A DNA stretch of 64,000 bases from Azolla caroliniana (GCA_043228905.1 JBHGNT010000140.1:1-64000); one strand, 5' to 3'. Counted from the first letter of the stretch, positions 1 through 12,486 are shown. Made by a program: numbers and translations. Notes: a model not told the origin generated them from the sequence alone.

Positions 1-1771
1 GCTCTCTTCCTCCCTCCCGGAATGGTCGTCCGAGAGTCCGCTCTGCCCAGTTCTCATCCAGGTCCGTTCGCGCTTCCAACTCTCGACCTTCGCCCGGTCG
101 GTCTTTCTCCCCACGCTGCACCCGTATCGGAATGCCGATCTCCTCGTGCCGCGTCCGTCCTTGGCCTCCTCGCAGGCCGTTTCCCATCCGACTTCGCTGG
201 CATCGTGCCAAGACTCCTCGGTACCGCCATCCATCTCCTCGGTCTTACATGGGCATACGGGCCCGAATGCCGATTTCTCTGGAATCGGGTCCGTGGGCTT
301 TCGTCCGCTCCTCCCGTATCGTCTCGCCGGTGATTCTTGGCCTTTTGCCGCCGCCTTCCTCCGCTTGGGACTCACGTGGGCACTCGGGCCCGATTGCCAT
401 CGTCTCGAGAGCAAGTGTGGGAAGACACAAAGAATCGCCCGTCCGTTTTACGCCCTTGTCCGTAGCCACCAACTCTTCGTAGTCGGCGGTCGTCTTCTTA
501 CCGATCGCACGAGCCCCATCTTGGCTCGCTTCTCCAATGACCGGGATCTCGGGCTGACACGCCCGAAACCGCTGGTCCCAACGTTCCGATTCCGCGATCG
601 GTGTCTCGGCCTCGTCCTTGGCCGTTCTATCTCCGCAAGTCGAGAGGGCGTTTCGTTCCGCACCCTCTCCCGTGGTACCGTCGTACCGATCTTCCGCCGT
701 CGCGTGGGGCAAGTCCGTCTCCTCAGTCTCGGCTTGCGGCCTCCGTCTTTCCTCTTCCTCGAGCATCGCCTCGAGAGCTGCGTACGCCTCCGCAATCCTG
801 GCCCCAACGCCGACCCTTGCCGACTCTCTTTGCCGTTGTGATGGCACGCCGTCGCGTACCTTCCTCTTAGCCTTCTCGGCTCGCTCGTTGTCTAGCCGTT
901 GGCACACCCTTCTGACCTTCGACCAGTCCTCCTTAAGCCTTCAGGAGCACCTCTTCGAAGGCCTCCCACGAACTATGAGCCTCACAGAGCTCCTTTATTT
1001 CCGCATGCTTCCGGACAGCCACGACCCGACGGAAGAACTCCAGCCTCAACGCCTCGTCTACGCCACGCTCCTCCATTTCCGCATTGTAGGCTTCCAAGTA
1101 AGATGGGACTTTGTCCCCGTTGAAACGGCTGACTCTTTCGACCACTCGCTCAACCGCTTGTTGCGCAGCTTCTCGCCTCATCACCACTCGTGCCGGCACA
1201 CACACATGCCGACCTGACTCACGCCCTTATGTACAGGAAACGCAGAAAAAGGGGAAGCACCCGACACCAACAGAGACGCGAATATACACAGATAGACGCA
1301 AATGTATATATATAAACAGAAGAATACATTCCCGGCTTCGAGCCGTTCCAAGGTAGGTTACAATAGTCGTCAGTTGCCAAGCCGCCGTCGGGGAGCTCAC
1401 GGGCTCGTCGCGCCGAGCGGGGTCTTGCGCAAGAGAGGAGCTGAAGCAAACCCTAAGCGAACATGAAGGGGAAGAAGAAGAAGAAGCATAAACTAACTCT
1501 AAACCTAACGGTATACCCTCTAATGCAAAATGGGCAACCGTTTCACAAAGGGTGTTCCCTTCCTTTTATAGTACAAGGAGAGGGATGCGTTACAATGTGG
1601 GATAGATCCCGACTTACATGGGATCGTCTGTCCCGACTTGACTACTCTTCGGCGCCATAAAGGCGCCCTCGTTATTCACCCTAAATGTACATGGGTGCGT
1701 ACACACGCTGCACCCCGTTGACGTAGCCAATGTTTCCGGGTTTTTGCCTTTGGCCAAAATTCTTCACGACA
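1..1771 (-). mobile_element. Ty3/Gypsy LTR retrotransposon D (5' LTR plus degenerate gag; continues beyond the window start), inserted into element A
   Basis: The + strand ...tcttcacgaca ending at 1771 is the reverse complement of the TGTCGTGAAGA LTR start shared with A, B and C. Minus ORF 933..1205 (AVERVVERVSRFNGDKVPSYLEAYNAEM) resembles the B gag N-terminus (AVVGTISRFSGKDATSYLASYRAEM). The inner LTR boundary (~1230) is uncertain and no PBS was recognised. Confidence 0.75.
245..1205 (-). pseudogene. Disrupted gag-like ORF of element D
   Basis: ORFs 933..1205 and 245..907 lie on the - strand in different frames. The N-terminal part aligns by eye with the gag of element B. Confidence 0.65.
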
Positions 1772-4700
1772 ACGGGGCGCGGCGGAATGAAGAGGTTAAT
1801 GGAAGAGGCCGCAGCACGACACGTCGAAGCCGTTAACTACTCAGTGTCGGCGGGAATTCGGGTCGGGGGTGATGAGACCCGGAAGGCGAAGGACTCTGGA
1901 TTCTGGCCGCTAGTGCTAGAAGGCCTCTCCGGAGTTCGGCTGAGGAAGGAAGAGGCGGACCGCGCGGAACAACGGGTCCAGGAGGTCACCGGTTGGGACG
2001 ATCCGGTCGAAGAGAAAACGGGCTTCGTAGAAGCCGCTTGCCAGAACTATGAGGTTCTGGTGGAGGACAAACGGGTAGGAAAGGCCGGAGGGGTTGGCCC
2101 CCCGAGGTATGAGACCCAGTTCGAACCGAAACCGACCAGTGTCGGCAACCCAGGCGTGCCGGATGGGAAGAAGCAGGCGGGGTTTCAGTTGAGCACCGAA
2201 ATCGAGAGAGCAACGGACCTACAGAAGGTCCTTGAAGAGCGGATCCTCGACAGTAAAGTGGAGTTGTCGTTGCGGGAGGTGCTGGGAATCGCCAAGAGGA
2301 AGTTCCACGACTCTATCGTAGACTTGGTGAAGCGGAAGAGGCTCTCGACGGAGCCAGAACCGGAGAAGCCGGTGGAAGTGCAGACCACGCACCTGGAAGA
2401 CGGAGCCTTGGAAGATGAGCTAGCGGGAAGCCACACACGAAGCCGCATTGGGCCAGGGCGACTACGGAAACCCCAGTACGGATCGGCAACGTTCTGGAAA
2501 CAGTGGTGGCGTTGGTAGACCATGGATCCGAAATCAACCTGATGTCCATGGATTACTACAAGAAGGGTAAATGGCCGATCAACACCAAGCATGGCTGGAA
2601 GATACGGGCAGCGACGCACGCCACAGAAGAACTACAATGGGGCCTGTCCAAACGTATGGGTGAAAATCGGCGATGTCGAGATCGACCAGCACTTCTTCGT
2701 GCAGGAGACGTCCTCGCATCCGGTTATACTGGGAGAACCATATATCACGACGGCACGGATGGAGACCAAAGTGCTGGACAACGGTTCAGCTTATGCAAGA
2801 GTCAAGAGCCAGGACGGGCGTCACTCGGTCCGGTTCGTAACGGTGCGACCAAACCACGAGCGTAACCGCGAGGCCCTCGGTAGCGAAACCCAAGGGGATT
2901 TTTAGAGAGGGTTGTCAAGGCGTGGGGCCGCGATAGTCCGGACACCCGGGAAGAACCCCACAAATGTACAGTACGGAAGAAGACCTCTACCATAGGTAGG
3001 AAATTTTGGTTCTCCAACAGCGGAGGTTGTACTATAACCAGCGTCAGCGGCAGGGAGAGGAAGCGAGCGGAGGAGCGGCTCATGGGATGTGGAGTCCTCT
3101 TCCCCGACGAGGGCATCAGCGGCGTCGTGGAGGCGGTCTCTTTTGACGACACCTTGGGCGAACTACGAAAGGTGATTGGTGAAGACCTTAGAGAAGTACG
3201 AAGTCATCGCAGACTTCGGGGGAAGGATCGGATCGGATCGGACAGCCTGCGTGGATACGAAATACAAGACTGTGGACCGGAAGGTGAGGCCAGTCGCGGC
3301 ACCCTTGCCGGAGGGCAGCGAGGAGCGGATAAAGGGGGTCGCGTTGGACCCAAGTTTACAAGATCCGACTGGCATAGGGCACCGGTTCACCGACATAACG
3401 CTACGGGAGCTCAAGGTCGGTGGGGGCGGCTTCAGAGAATGCTCGGGAGGCACGGGAAGGCTTTCGCATTCTCACCGGAGGAGATCAGGTGCGTAGACCC
3501 GACAGTTGTCGAACCGATGGTGATCTTTACGGTACCGCATGTACCGTGGAATCTCAAGCCGATTCTGGTGCCGAGAACTCACATCCCGAAGTTGATGGAG
3601 CTCCTAAAGCAAAAGGTGGAGATGGGCATCCTCGAACCGTCGAGTGCCCCGTATTCGAATCAGTGGTTTACGGTGCCGAAGAAGAACGGCACGCAACGCT
3701 TCATCCAGAACCTACAACCGGTCAACAAGGTAACCATCCGTAACGCAGGGATCGGACCGACCATAGACGAGTTCGCGGAGGCCTTCGCTGGAATGTCGAT
3801 CTATTCTGTCAGTGATCTGTATTCGGGGTATGATCAGTTCCAACTAGCTGTGGAGAGCAGAGACATTACGATGAGGCGGACTCCTCTCGGCCTGGTGCGG
3901 ATGTGTACCCTGCCACAAGGAGGGACGAACTCAGGGGCTCACATGGTGAACGCGATGAACAAAGTGCTCAGGGATTGTATCTCGGACATCACCATGCCGT
4001 TCTTAGACGACATCCCGATCAAGAGTGTCCCGGTGGAGAAAAGGGACGAGGAAATCGGGCCGGACGGATGTCGGAATTTCGTGGCGTCCCACATCGATGA
4101 CTGCGAGAAGGTGCTGCAGAGATTAGAGTGTGCGAGGCTCACCTTCTCCAGGGAAAATTTGGCCTTCGGACAGTTGGAGATCTTGGTGGTCGGACACCTG
4201 TGTGGGCCTTACGGTAGGAAACCATCTCCGGCAAAGGTAGAGGCCATCTCCGCGATGAGGAACGTTTGCGGGTCGGTCACGGAGGTCCGCAGATTCTTGG
4301 GGGCATGCGCGTTCTAGCACATCTGGATCCCACACTACGCACATGTCGCGGAACCCCTCTACAGACTATTAAAAAAGGGGCGTAGCTTTGAGTGGAGGAC
4401 GGAGCACACGGAGTCGGCTCTCCGTAAAGCGGTTTACGGCAAGGATGTTCCCATCTGCGTAACGGTGGACACCAGCCCGACCGGGATCGGGTGGGTAATC
4501 AGTCAGGAGGACAAGGGCGACACACGATTCTCGATCCGGTTCGGGGCGAAGGTATTGAGCAAGCGACAGCGAGGGTACGCCCAAGTTAAGCACGAACTTT
4601 GGGGTGTCATTTCAGCGGTCAAGGCCGACAAGGATTATCTGATCGGGACGGAGGTGATTATCGAGACGGACTGCCTGCCGATACTCGGCATGGTTTCCGG

Positions 4701-6294
4701 ATGCGTGACGCCGGACCTAGCAATGCTCCGGTGGATAGCGTACATTAAGTCCCTGAACCCGAAGATACGGCACATCTCCAGAAAGGACAACGCCATGGCC
4801 GACATGCTTTCGAGGGCAAGGTTCAACGACGAAGACGGCATGGTTTCGGAAGACGAAGAAGTCGGCGAGGACTTCTTCGGGTCGGCTAACGTAACGATGA
4901 GGAAAGGGAACACTCCGGCGCTTAACGAATTTGATGAAAGCAGGTACGATGGGGAGTGGCTCCAAATCGGGAGGTTCCTACGGACGATGACGCCGGACGC
5001 AACATGGGCGAAAGAGGAGGCGAGCTGGATACGGAGGAAGGCGTACCGATTCTTCCTGCGGGACGGGTGCATATGGAGGCACCCAAAGAAGAGAAGCGGC
5101 ATTACACTCCGAATAGTGGCAAAGAAAGAAGAACAGGGGAAACAACTTACGGCATTTCACGAGAGCCCCTGGGCCGGACACCGCGAAACGTGGGCCACTT
5201 TCGAGAAGCTGAAGGAGAAGTACTGGTGACTGGGGTTGTACCAAGACGTGCATCGGTTCGTAACGACTTGCGAGAGCTGTCAGATGCACTCCGTAGTCCG
5301 ACACCGGGACGAGCTACACCCGACCTACCCGCCTACGGTCCATTTCAAGTGGATGGTGGACTTGGTGACGATGTCGATGGGGATAGGACAGATGCGATAC
5401 CTTGTGCTTGCACGAGAAGACTTAACGAACCAAGTGGAAGGCCGTGCAATGCAAAGCAAGACAACCGCAGCGGTATGCCGGTTCCTAATCGAAGAACTAG
5501 TGTGTCGGTACGGGTGCGTCGAGAGGATCGTGGCGGACCGGGGAGAGTTGGATGCGCGGGAGGCCGAGGAGTTGTTCGACCGGCTGGGCGTCAAACTCTC
5601 CCTCACCACGGCGTACAATCCGGAGGCGAATAGAAAGGTGGAACGTGGGCACGGACCGATTGTAAAGGCGTTGGTGCGTGCATGCGGTGGGCAGGTCGGG
5701 AATTGGCCGCGACTCCTTCCTTACGCGCTATGGGCGGACCGGACTACGCACAGTTAGGTGACAAGGTTAATGCCGGCGGAGCTAATGTACGGACAAAAAC
5801 CGATCATGCCGGTGGAACAGACGGTTTCTTCGTGGGCGGCGGTAGATTGGAAGGACGAAATGAGCCAGGAGGAGTTGTTGGCGGCGCGGATTCGGCAACT
5901 CAAGCGGAGGCCGGAGAACGTGATACAGGCGAAGGAAAAGTTGCGAGCGGCGAGGGAGCATAACAAGACCCGGTTCAACCGGACGCACCGGTTGCGACCA
6001 AAGAAGATCGAGGAAGGCGATTGGGTCTTGGTATACGACAGCAGCCTCGACAATAAGCACAAGGCAGTGCGAAAGTTTGCTAGGAGATGGTTCGGGCCCT
6101 ACATGGTGACGAGCGCGAACGGCAACGGCACGTACCACCTCGCGGAGCTCGACGGGACACGGTTAGCGGTGCCGGTGGCCGGAAAGCGGATCAAAGCTTT
6201 CAAAAAGCGGTTCGAAGATGAGCCGGAGCCTGTGAACGGGAGCGACAATGACGATCAGTTCGGGTCCGGCGGAGAACCAGAGAGCAACGAGTGA
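1772..6294 (+). pseudogene. Disrupted gag-PR / RT-RH-INT polyprotein of element A
   Basis: ORF pieces 1730..2518, 2503..2905, 3082..4317, 4465..5229, 5236..5757 and 5758..6294 are separated by frameshifts and in-frame stops. Confidence 0.92.
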
Positions 6295-6363
6295 GGCCGG
6301 GTTTCTTCAATTTCTAACCGTCTCTGGCGCATATCGGTGGATGCGCGGTTTGGTGGGGGTGGA

Positions 6364-7128
6364 TGTCGTGAAGAAAACCGACCATAAGCGGAATCGGAGA
6401 GAAAGCGCGTAAACCGGCCCCTACACGGATGGACGCGTGACTGGATACTTTGTACGCGAACCGGTGGATGTGACTACTAAGCCACACGCATTTATTAGAG
6501 GGGATTGTGCATATCCCAAAGGGGGAGAGGGAATAAAAGGCAAGAGGAGAAAGAAAAGGGGGGATATCGCGCGCGAGGGAGAAGGGAAGGGCTGCTACAG
6601 AAGGGAAGCCGAGCTCTCTCTCTACTCCTTGAGCCGTCGTTCTCTGTGGGTCCATCGCCGCCTGTGGGAGTGCGTTGCCTCTGCTTCGTGGACAGCCCAT
6701 GAGCTTCCAATAGAGTCGCTCCCTTTTCCCTTTGTTTCTTGGAGTCGGGTGACTGTCGTCGGTGTGCGTGAGTAGGGTCCCCGTGTCGGGTCCGTCGCTA
6801 ACAATCGGCAACGGTTCGGTTCGGTCCTGTGGGAGTGCGTTGCCTCTGCTTCGTGGACAGCCCATGAGCTTCCAATAGAGTCGCTCCCTTTTCCCTTTGT
6901 TTCTTGGAATCGGGTGATTATCGTCGGTGTGCGTGAGTAGGGTCCCCGTGTCGGGTCCGTCGCTAACAATCGGCAACGGTTCGGTTCGGTCCTGTGGGAG
7001 TGCGTTGCCTCTGCTTCGTGGACAGCCCATGAGCTTCCAATAGAGTCGCTCCCTTTTCCCTTTGTTTCTTGGAGTCGGGTGACTGTCGTCGGTGTGCGTG
7101 AGTAGGGTCCCCGTGTCGGGTCCGTCGC
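6364..7128 (+). repeat. 3' LTR of element A, left part (resumes at 12319-12486 after the hAT)
   Basis: Starts TGTCGTGAAGAAAACCG after the PPT. The part at 12319-12486 has the (CT)n tract and cctcggtcc...gtggtcccgcc motif found near the 3' end of the B and C LTRs. Confidence 0.85.
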
Positions 7129-7155
7129 TAACAATCGGCAACGGTTCGGTTCGGT
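6661..7155 (+). repeat. Three tandem 165-bp units, each 138 bp of LTR plus the first 27 bp of the hAT left end
   Basis: Units start cctgtgggag at 6661, 6826 and 6991. Each ends tccgtcgc-taacaatcggcaacggttcggttcggt. Unit 2 differs from units 1 and 3 at 3 positions. Confidence 0.95.
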
Positions 7156-7499
7156 TCGAAAGCCTCAAACCCAAACCGGTTCGAACCGAACCGTTAAGAA
7201 AATGTTGTAACCCAAACCGAACTGAACCAAACCACAAAACCGTCTAAACAGAAACCGTCTAAACCGAACCGGTTGCACGAAATTCAAACCTGAACCAAAC
7301 GGTTCTTGAAGTACTAGAACCGTTAAACCGGTTAAACCGCGGTTTCGCGGTTTGGTTTTGGTTTCGGTATGAAACAAATTATTAATGTTTTTTCTCAATG
7401 CATTATGAACTTAACAAGTTATATCAATTGGCCATTATAATGATACATAAAACTTTAAATAAGAACAATTTTCTTATGAGGAAAGTTTCTCATATGCAA

Positions 7500-8400
7500 C
7501 GATGAAAATTGCAACAACAAGAGCACCAATAAGTGCACCCATAATTCATTTAATGAAAATTGCAACAAGAGCACCAATAAGTCCACCCATAATCCATTTG
7601 TTGTGACTTATTCTTTGTGTCTAATGAAATCTACAAAACTAGGGATTGTTCGGAACCTTAGCAACAACTTCTTGAGACGGTGTTCCCAGCAAGTCAGTAA
7701 TGAGGTCTAACTGATGTGCAACATTTCTACCAGGAAAGAGTGGTTCTCCTGTCAATAGTTCAACGAATATGCATCCAATGCTCCGCATGTCAACTGCAGT
7801 TGTGTACTATAATAGCAAGTTGCAACCAAGAGAATATGTAAGGCAAACAAAGACAACACACATAAGTCCATAGAATACTTTAAGAGACCAGACAAGCATT
7901 TTCGTAGTTCATCATAAAAAATGACACATTTACAGGTCATCAGACAAAATAAAACATTCACATGCCTGATGACCTGTAAATCTTCGTGTTATGGATATTA
8001 AAATCTTCTTACTCTTGCCAATGTTGTCATCCACATCACCTGACACCAAGCTACAATATCAAAAGCAACATCCTCAAAATTTTAGCATAGATACATCAGA
8101 AAGAATCAAAATATTAAGAGAACAAATTCTTAATTTTAAAGTAATCTAGCTTCTCTAATACTAAAAACCTTGAAATGTAATCATGATTCATGAATAAATC
8201 AACCAGAGAAAATATCTCCATTTAGAGAGTAGCAAAGTAGAAAAACTATATATCATCGTACCTTATCTTGTGCATGAAGGAGTGTTTGTCTCGGTTGATG
8301 GAGATCTTGCAATATGGAAACACCAAGTTCCTCAGTTTCTAGAATAGCCCTCTTGCTTTCTTTAATTTTTTCACTAGATTGATTAAGTCTCTCCAGCATA
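7500..8400 (-). pseudogene. VTI1: Captured 3' fragment of a VTI1-type Qb-SNARE gene (two exons with the intron retained)
   Basis: RLNQSSEKIKESKRAILETEELGVSILQDLHQPRQTLLHAQDK (~8262-8395), then a GT...AG intron (~8261-8053), then DVDDNIGKSKKILISITRR (~7981-8037), and RISHNKWIMGGLIGALVAIF transmembrane tail (~7555-7614). Confidence 0.85.
7645..7800 (-). pseudogene. Captured MAP-kinase exon fragment (resembles plant group D/TDY MAPKs)
   Basis: After a ctgcag acceptor the - strand reads [46 protein letters not shown], matching MAPK subdomains IX-X (DIWSIGCIF.E.LTGKPLFPGKNVVHQLDL.TDLLGTP). Confidence 0.85.
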
Positions 8401-8591
8401 CGAGATAATTTTAAAATGACATCAATATAACAATGGTGGATCCAAGTTAAAACCACCAAATCATGAAAAATGAACAAATTTAAGTTCAAATGCCAAACAC
8501 TTAAATTTTAAATTTTAAATATGTCCATCAACAATATGAAAGTATAATGTTTGAAATTAAAAAGAAATATATGGGCAATTAAGCACGTGTT

Positions 8592-10849
8592 CTAACTTCT
8601 AATTTGACTCAACATATAGTCCACTACATCATCCTCCATAGCAATATCTTCCACATCTATATCCAACTTATTATACGCTTCACTAAAGTCTTCAGGTAAT
8701 GAAACATTTGCCTCATTAAGGACATCCAACCATGACCTAATGCACATTTCAGCCTTGAAAGTGCATGAGTGTAGACGAATTCTATCGTGAAAGTTATCTT
8801 TTGCTTCAGAATTAGCCTCCTCTGAAGGCACTGATGATGCTGGTATTGCTAAATAATCACACGCCATCTTGTACATTCGAGGTAAAGCAAACCTGGTTTA
8901 GATGTAAACAAACATTTTGAAACTGATTTTGCACAAATTTGATGAAAAATGTTAAATTTATAATTGAGAAATGTGAAGCAAACCTGTTGTTAAACCACCA
9001 TTGAAGTGGATCAATATCTATTTGTGCTACTGCTAGAGGAAATCTCATAAACTGTTCCATTTCTAATTGTGAAGATGTCACTGATTCTTGAGAAGGCTTA
9101 TTGACACCTAAGATTTCCCAAAGATCTTCACGTTTTGTAACATCTCTTTCATGTGTTTCATCATTAGAAGCCGGAACATAAACTACATAATTTTTTTCCA
9201 AGACTTTGTGAACCAAATCAATATCCAAATTCTTCTCAATTGCGTTATTGGATATTGGAACTTTGAAAACATATATGAAGATGAAACACATTACGAAATA
9301 TGTATGAAAAAAATATACCAATCAATTTACTATGTATGAAAAAAGCTATTAATAGAGCAACATACCGTGGATCAAGAAAGGTCGCAATTCGAGAAGGTAT
9401 GGACTTCAATGATTCTTGATATCTTATCAAATATTGTAAACATTTGTCACTAGCTTTTTCTTGCACTTCAATAGTTACCTTACTTGTGTTAGATTCTATT
9501 GATTCCACATCCACTCCCAAATACTTGTTACAATGTGATAACATGCCATTGAAGGCAAGAGAAGCTAGTGAGAGGGTGGGGTACTTTGACCCACTTAAAT
9601 AGGTACAAATTCTAGCAGGTAGAAGAAGCCATTGTTCCATTGCTTGTATGTGGTTCCAATAATCTATAGTAAGCATACTATCAACAAAATCCGTAGCAAT
9701 AATAGAGTCGGCTATAGTGCAACTTAAAACATCTCTAAGTTTCAAGGCTTCTTGGTACATTTCTAAGGTGGAATTCCATCTCGTAATGATATCAAGACAA
9801 GGTGGCTCCCACTCTCCATGCTCATACATTGATTTAGAATACTTTCTAAATATAGCTCTACGAACTTTACTAGAACGTATGGATACCAAAATATTTCTCA
9901 ACTTCATAGTGGAAGGTGAGATGACCTCTAATGCAGCCTTAATACCAAGTTGAAATCCATGAACCATACATCTCAACATATTTGATGAAGGCAAAATATC
10001 ATCCCCATGCATATCATGTAGCAATCTACCCAACTCATTTGATGCCACAATAGCATCACTAGCACCATCAGATGTTACGGATAAGATGTTAGAAGAAATA
10101 CCGAAGGATTTTAAACGCATAAATAAAGCTTGACCACAACGCTTACCTACGCCATCACCAGGAAATACATGGAAGAAATCAATGAGCATAGACATTGGCT
10201 TGGCAGATTCTCTACATACCCAATGTAATGTCATTGGATAAAATCCTTTCAAACTATTATTAGACCACCCATCAAATGTAATTGCAAAACGGGAATCGAG
10301 TGTAGACAAAAAACCTATAACTATTTGACGAATGACAACATACATTTGCCCTATTGATCGTTTTAAAGTACGTGCTGACTTAAGCCTATACCCTGGTAAG
10401 ACATCATGCATGAATTGTTTAAAACCTAAGGACTCAACATGGACATGAGGCAACATTTCTGTGATTATATATTTTGTGACAACGCTATCAATTTTCTTCT
10501 CTAATGTGCGAGTTATTAGAAGCTTGGATGTATCTAAGGGATTTTGGATCATAGACATTGGACTCATACTTGAGGAACTATGTGGCTCAGATGTGCTATT
10601 AATGTGATGTTTTTCTAATAAATGTTTTGTTAGTGTACCCGTGGATGTATTAGTTGACCAAGTACTAGAGCAATGTGAGCATCGACGGCGGGGCACACCA
10701 TTATCTATGATATTTATCGTGTGTCGGTCTGTCCATGAAGTTCGTTGTCTCTTTGATCTTCCTTGAGATGTTTGACTTGTAGAAGCCGAGGACATTGTGT
10801 TTGGGGATGATAGAGTGTTCATTGAAGGGGCATCCACACTTAACTCCAT
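8592..10849 (-). CDS. hAT transposase with BED zinc finger and C-terminal dimerization domain (probably 3 exons: ~10849-9366, ~9270-8984, 8892-8592)
   Basis: BED finger RCSHC...LTKHLLEKH; TFDGWS; VTSDGAS; CMVH; RWNST; LDPR; DPLQWW...DYLAIPASSVPSE. Intron 2 (GT-AG, 8983-8893) restores the frame. I could not find an in-frame AG acceptor for intron 1, so the gene may be defective. Confidence 0.88.
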
Positions 10850-12486
10850 GTTCTATGAGGAATTAGAAAATTGTATCGGACAATGAAGTCATAATTAGTT
10901 GTATAATAAGATGATACATATAAAATCAAGGCCATAGATTACTCAAGATATTGAAGGAGATAGATCTTAACATGGAATATTTATAAGAGAACATAGATCT
11001 TGATTGAAAATAGTACAAAATCCAATGCATATAAGGAATCAAAAGACGTGGATTATGATACTCCTGAGCATTTGCGGTTTATTCCTAAGCACCTTCAACG
11101 AATCATAAAAAAAGGTTTAAATAATTTATCACATAGATTCAACGAATCATAAAAAAAGATGTGATAATGACATGATAGCGTTGGTTAAAAATAGTGGCTA
11201 TTCATGCCAAATCACCATTGACACCTTTTATCTACCTATCCCACCAGTATGTCTTCTTGATGTACAAGAAATAGGACATGCCAATTGCTGAACGCTTGGC
11301 ATGGTGAGAACATCTTACACGTAGTACAGAAGTCATAAAATAACTATTTCTCACTAACAAATAATTGAAGAGGCAACTCCAAGCTAAACCAGCATTTGTA
11401 AAGAAGACCTCTATAGGTTATGTTATCATTGGACGTGCAATCATGCCAAAAACACAAGAAGTGGACCACAATGTTAAACATAAAAGTTGAAAGCAAGACC
11501 ACTCTAAATTGCAGTATGTCATGTTGTGTATAAAGAAGGGAATATACAATGCTTTTTATAGGTTTTGGCAACCAATGACTGTAAGATGAATACAAGGCTT
11601 TTATATTTTAATCGATGTTGTCTTAACACACGAATCCACAATTACAATGGACCACCAAAGATTGTAGAAATACCCTTTGGACCTTCAGAATCGTATTATG
11701 TGGCTCATCCCAATTCTCTAGCTCAAAGAAGTATTTATGTGCCTTATATGATGCATTCCACATGAACTATGTTTAGGAAAAATACCTGATTAGTTTGAGC
11801 GCTCACAAACTAGCCTGACCACTGTAGAAGAAGAAGGAGAAGATGATGAAGGAGAGGGAGAAGAACCGCTGCAATCTGTAGAAGAAGGAGAGGGAGATGA
11901 AGGAGAAGCGAAATTAGAATTGAGACTCGTTTGTAGCTACTGTTTGAATAAGAAATAAAAGTAAAAGTAAAAATAGGTATACAAACTAGGTTTTTGAAAA
12001 GCTAGGTTAAATTTGATCACTTTTTCCTAAATTGACATAATTAACCTTCAAAAAATGTGTTGGAGAGAGAAAATTTATAAAAGTATCTCATCAAACCGTT
12101 AAACCATTTAAAACCGTTTAAACCGCGGTTTTAAACTGTTTAAACCGGAACCGTTAAGCCGATGAGGACTCAAACGAACCGAACTGAACTTGTGTCCCCC
12201 CGAACTGAAACCGAACCATTTGTGAAAATCCAAACCCGAACCGAACCGGTTAAACCGCAGTTTCTCGGTTCGGTTCGGTTCGGTTCGAACCAAACCGTTG
12301 CCGATTGTTATCCGTCGCCGCCACATCGGTCGTAACTGTCAGGGATTGTAATCTCTTGTCATTATAATTAAGTGTTACAATTCTATCTCTTTCCTTCCCG
12401 CTTTTCGTGTCGGTGAGTCTCTCTCTCTCTCTCTCTCTCTCGCTCCTCGGTCCGAGATCCCCGTGGTCCCGCCCCTTTCCACACGT

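Larger units (their letters stand above)
7129..12310 (-). mobile_element. hAT-superfamily DNA transposon (5.2 kb) carrying captured host gene fragments
   Basis: Perfect 18-bp TIR (TAACAATCGGCAACGGTT at 7129; AACCGTTGCCGATTGTTA ending 12310). Perfect 8-bp TSD TCCGTCGC (7121-7128 and 12311-12318). Dense subterminal AACCG/CGGTT arrays (7129-7370, 12090-12310). Internal hAT transposase. Confidence 0.96.
1772..12486 (+). mobile_element. Ty3/Gypsy LTR retrotransposon A (5' part displaced by D; 3' LTR interrupted by the hAT and cut by B)
   Basis: Domain order is gag C-terminus, protease (ALVDHGSEINLM), RT (LYSGYDQF, LPQG, PFLDD), RNase H (VDTSPTGIGW, ETDCLP, ADMLSR) and integrase (GH..TCESC, WMVDLV, IVADRG, VERGH, GPY). 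A PPT (ggtgggggtgga) precedes the LTR start TGTCGTGAAG at 6364. Confidence 0.93.

Noticed and set aside
6314-7237. 307-aa minus-strand ORF with three 55-aa repeats
   Set aside because: It is a by-product of the 165-bp (multiple of 3) tandem repeat in LTR/TIR sequence and has no recognisable domain.
10900-12090. Further captured gene fragments in the hAT region upstream of the transposase
   Set aside because: Some exon-like stretches exist (~11200-11350, ~11610-11760) but I could not recognise any protein. A BLASTX search is needed.
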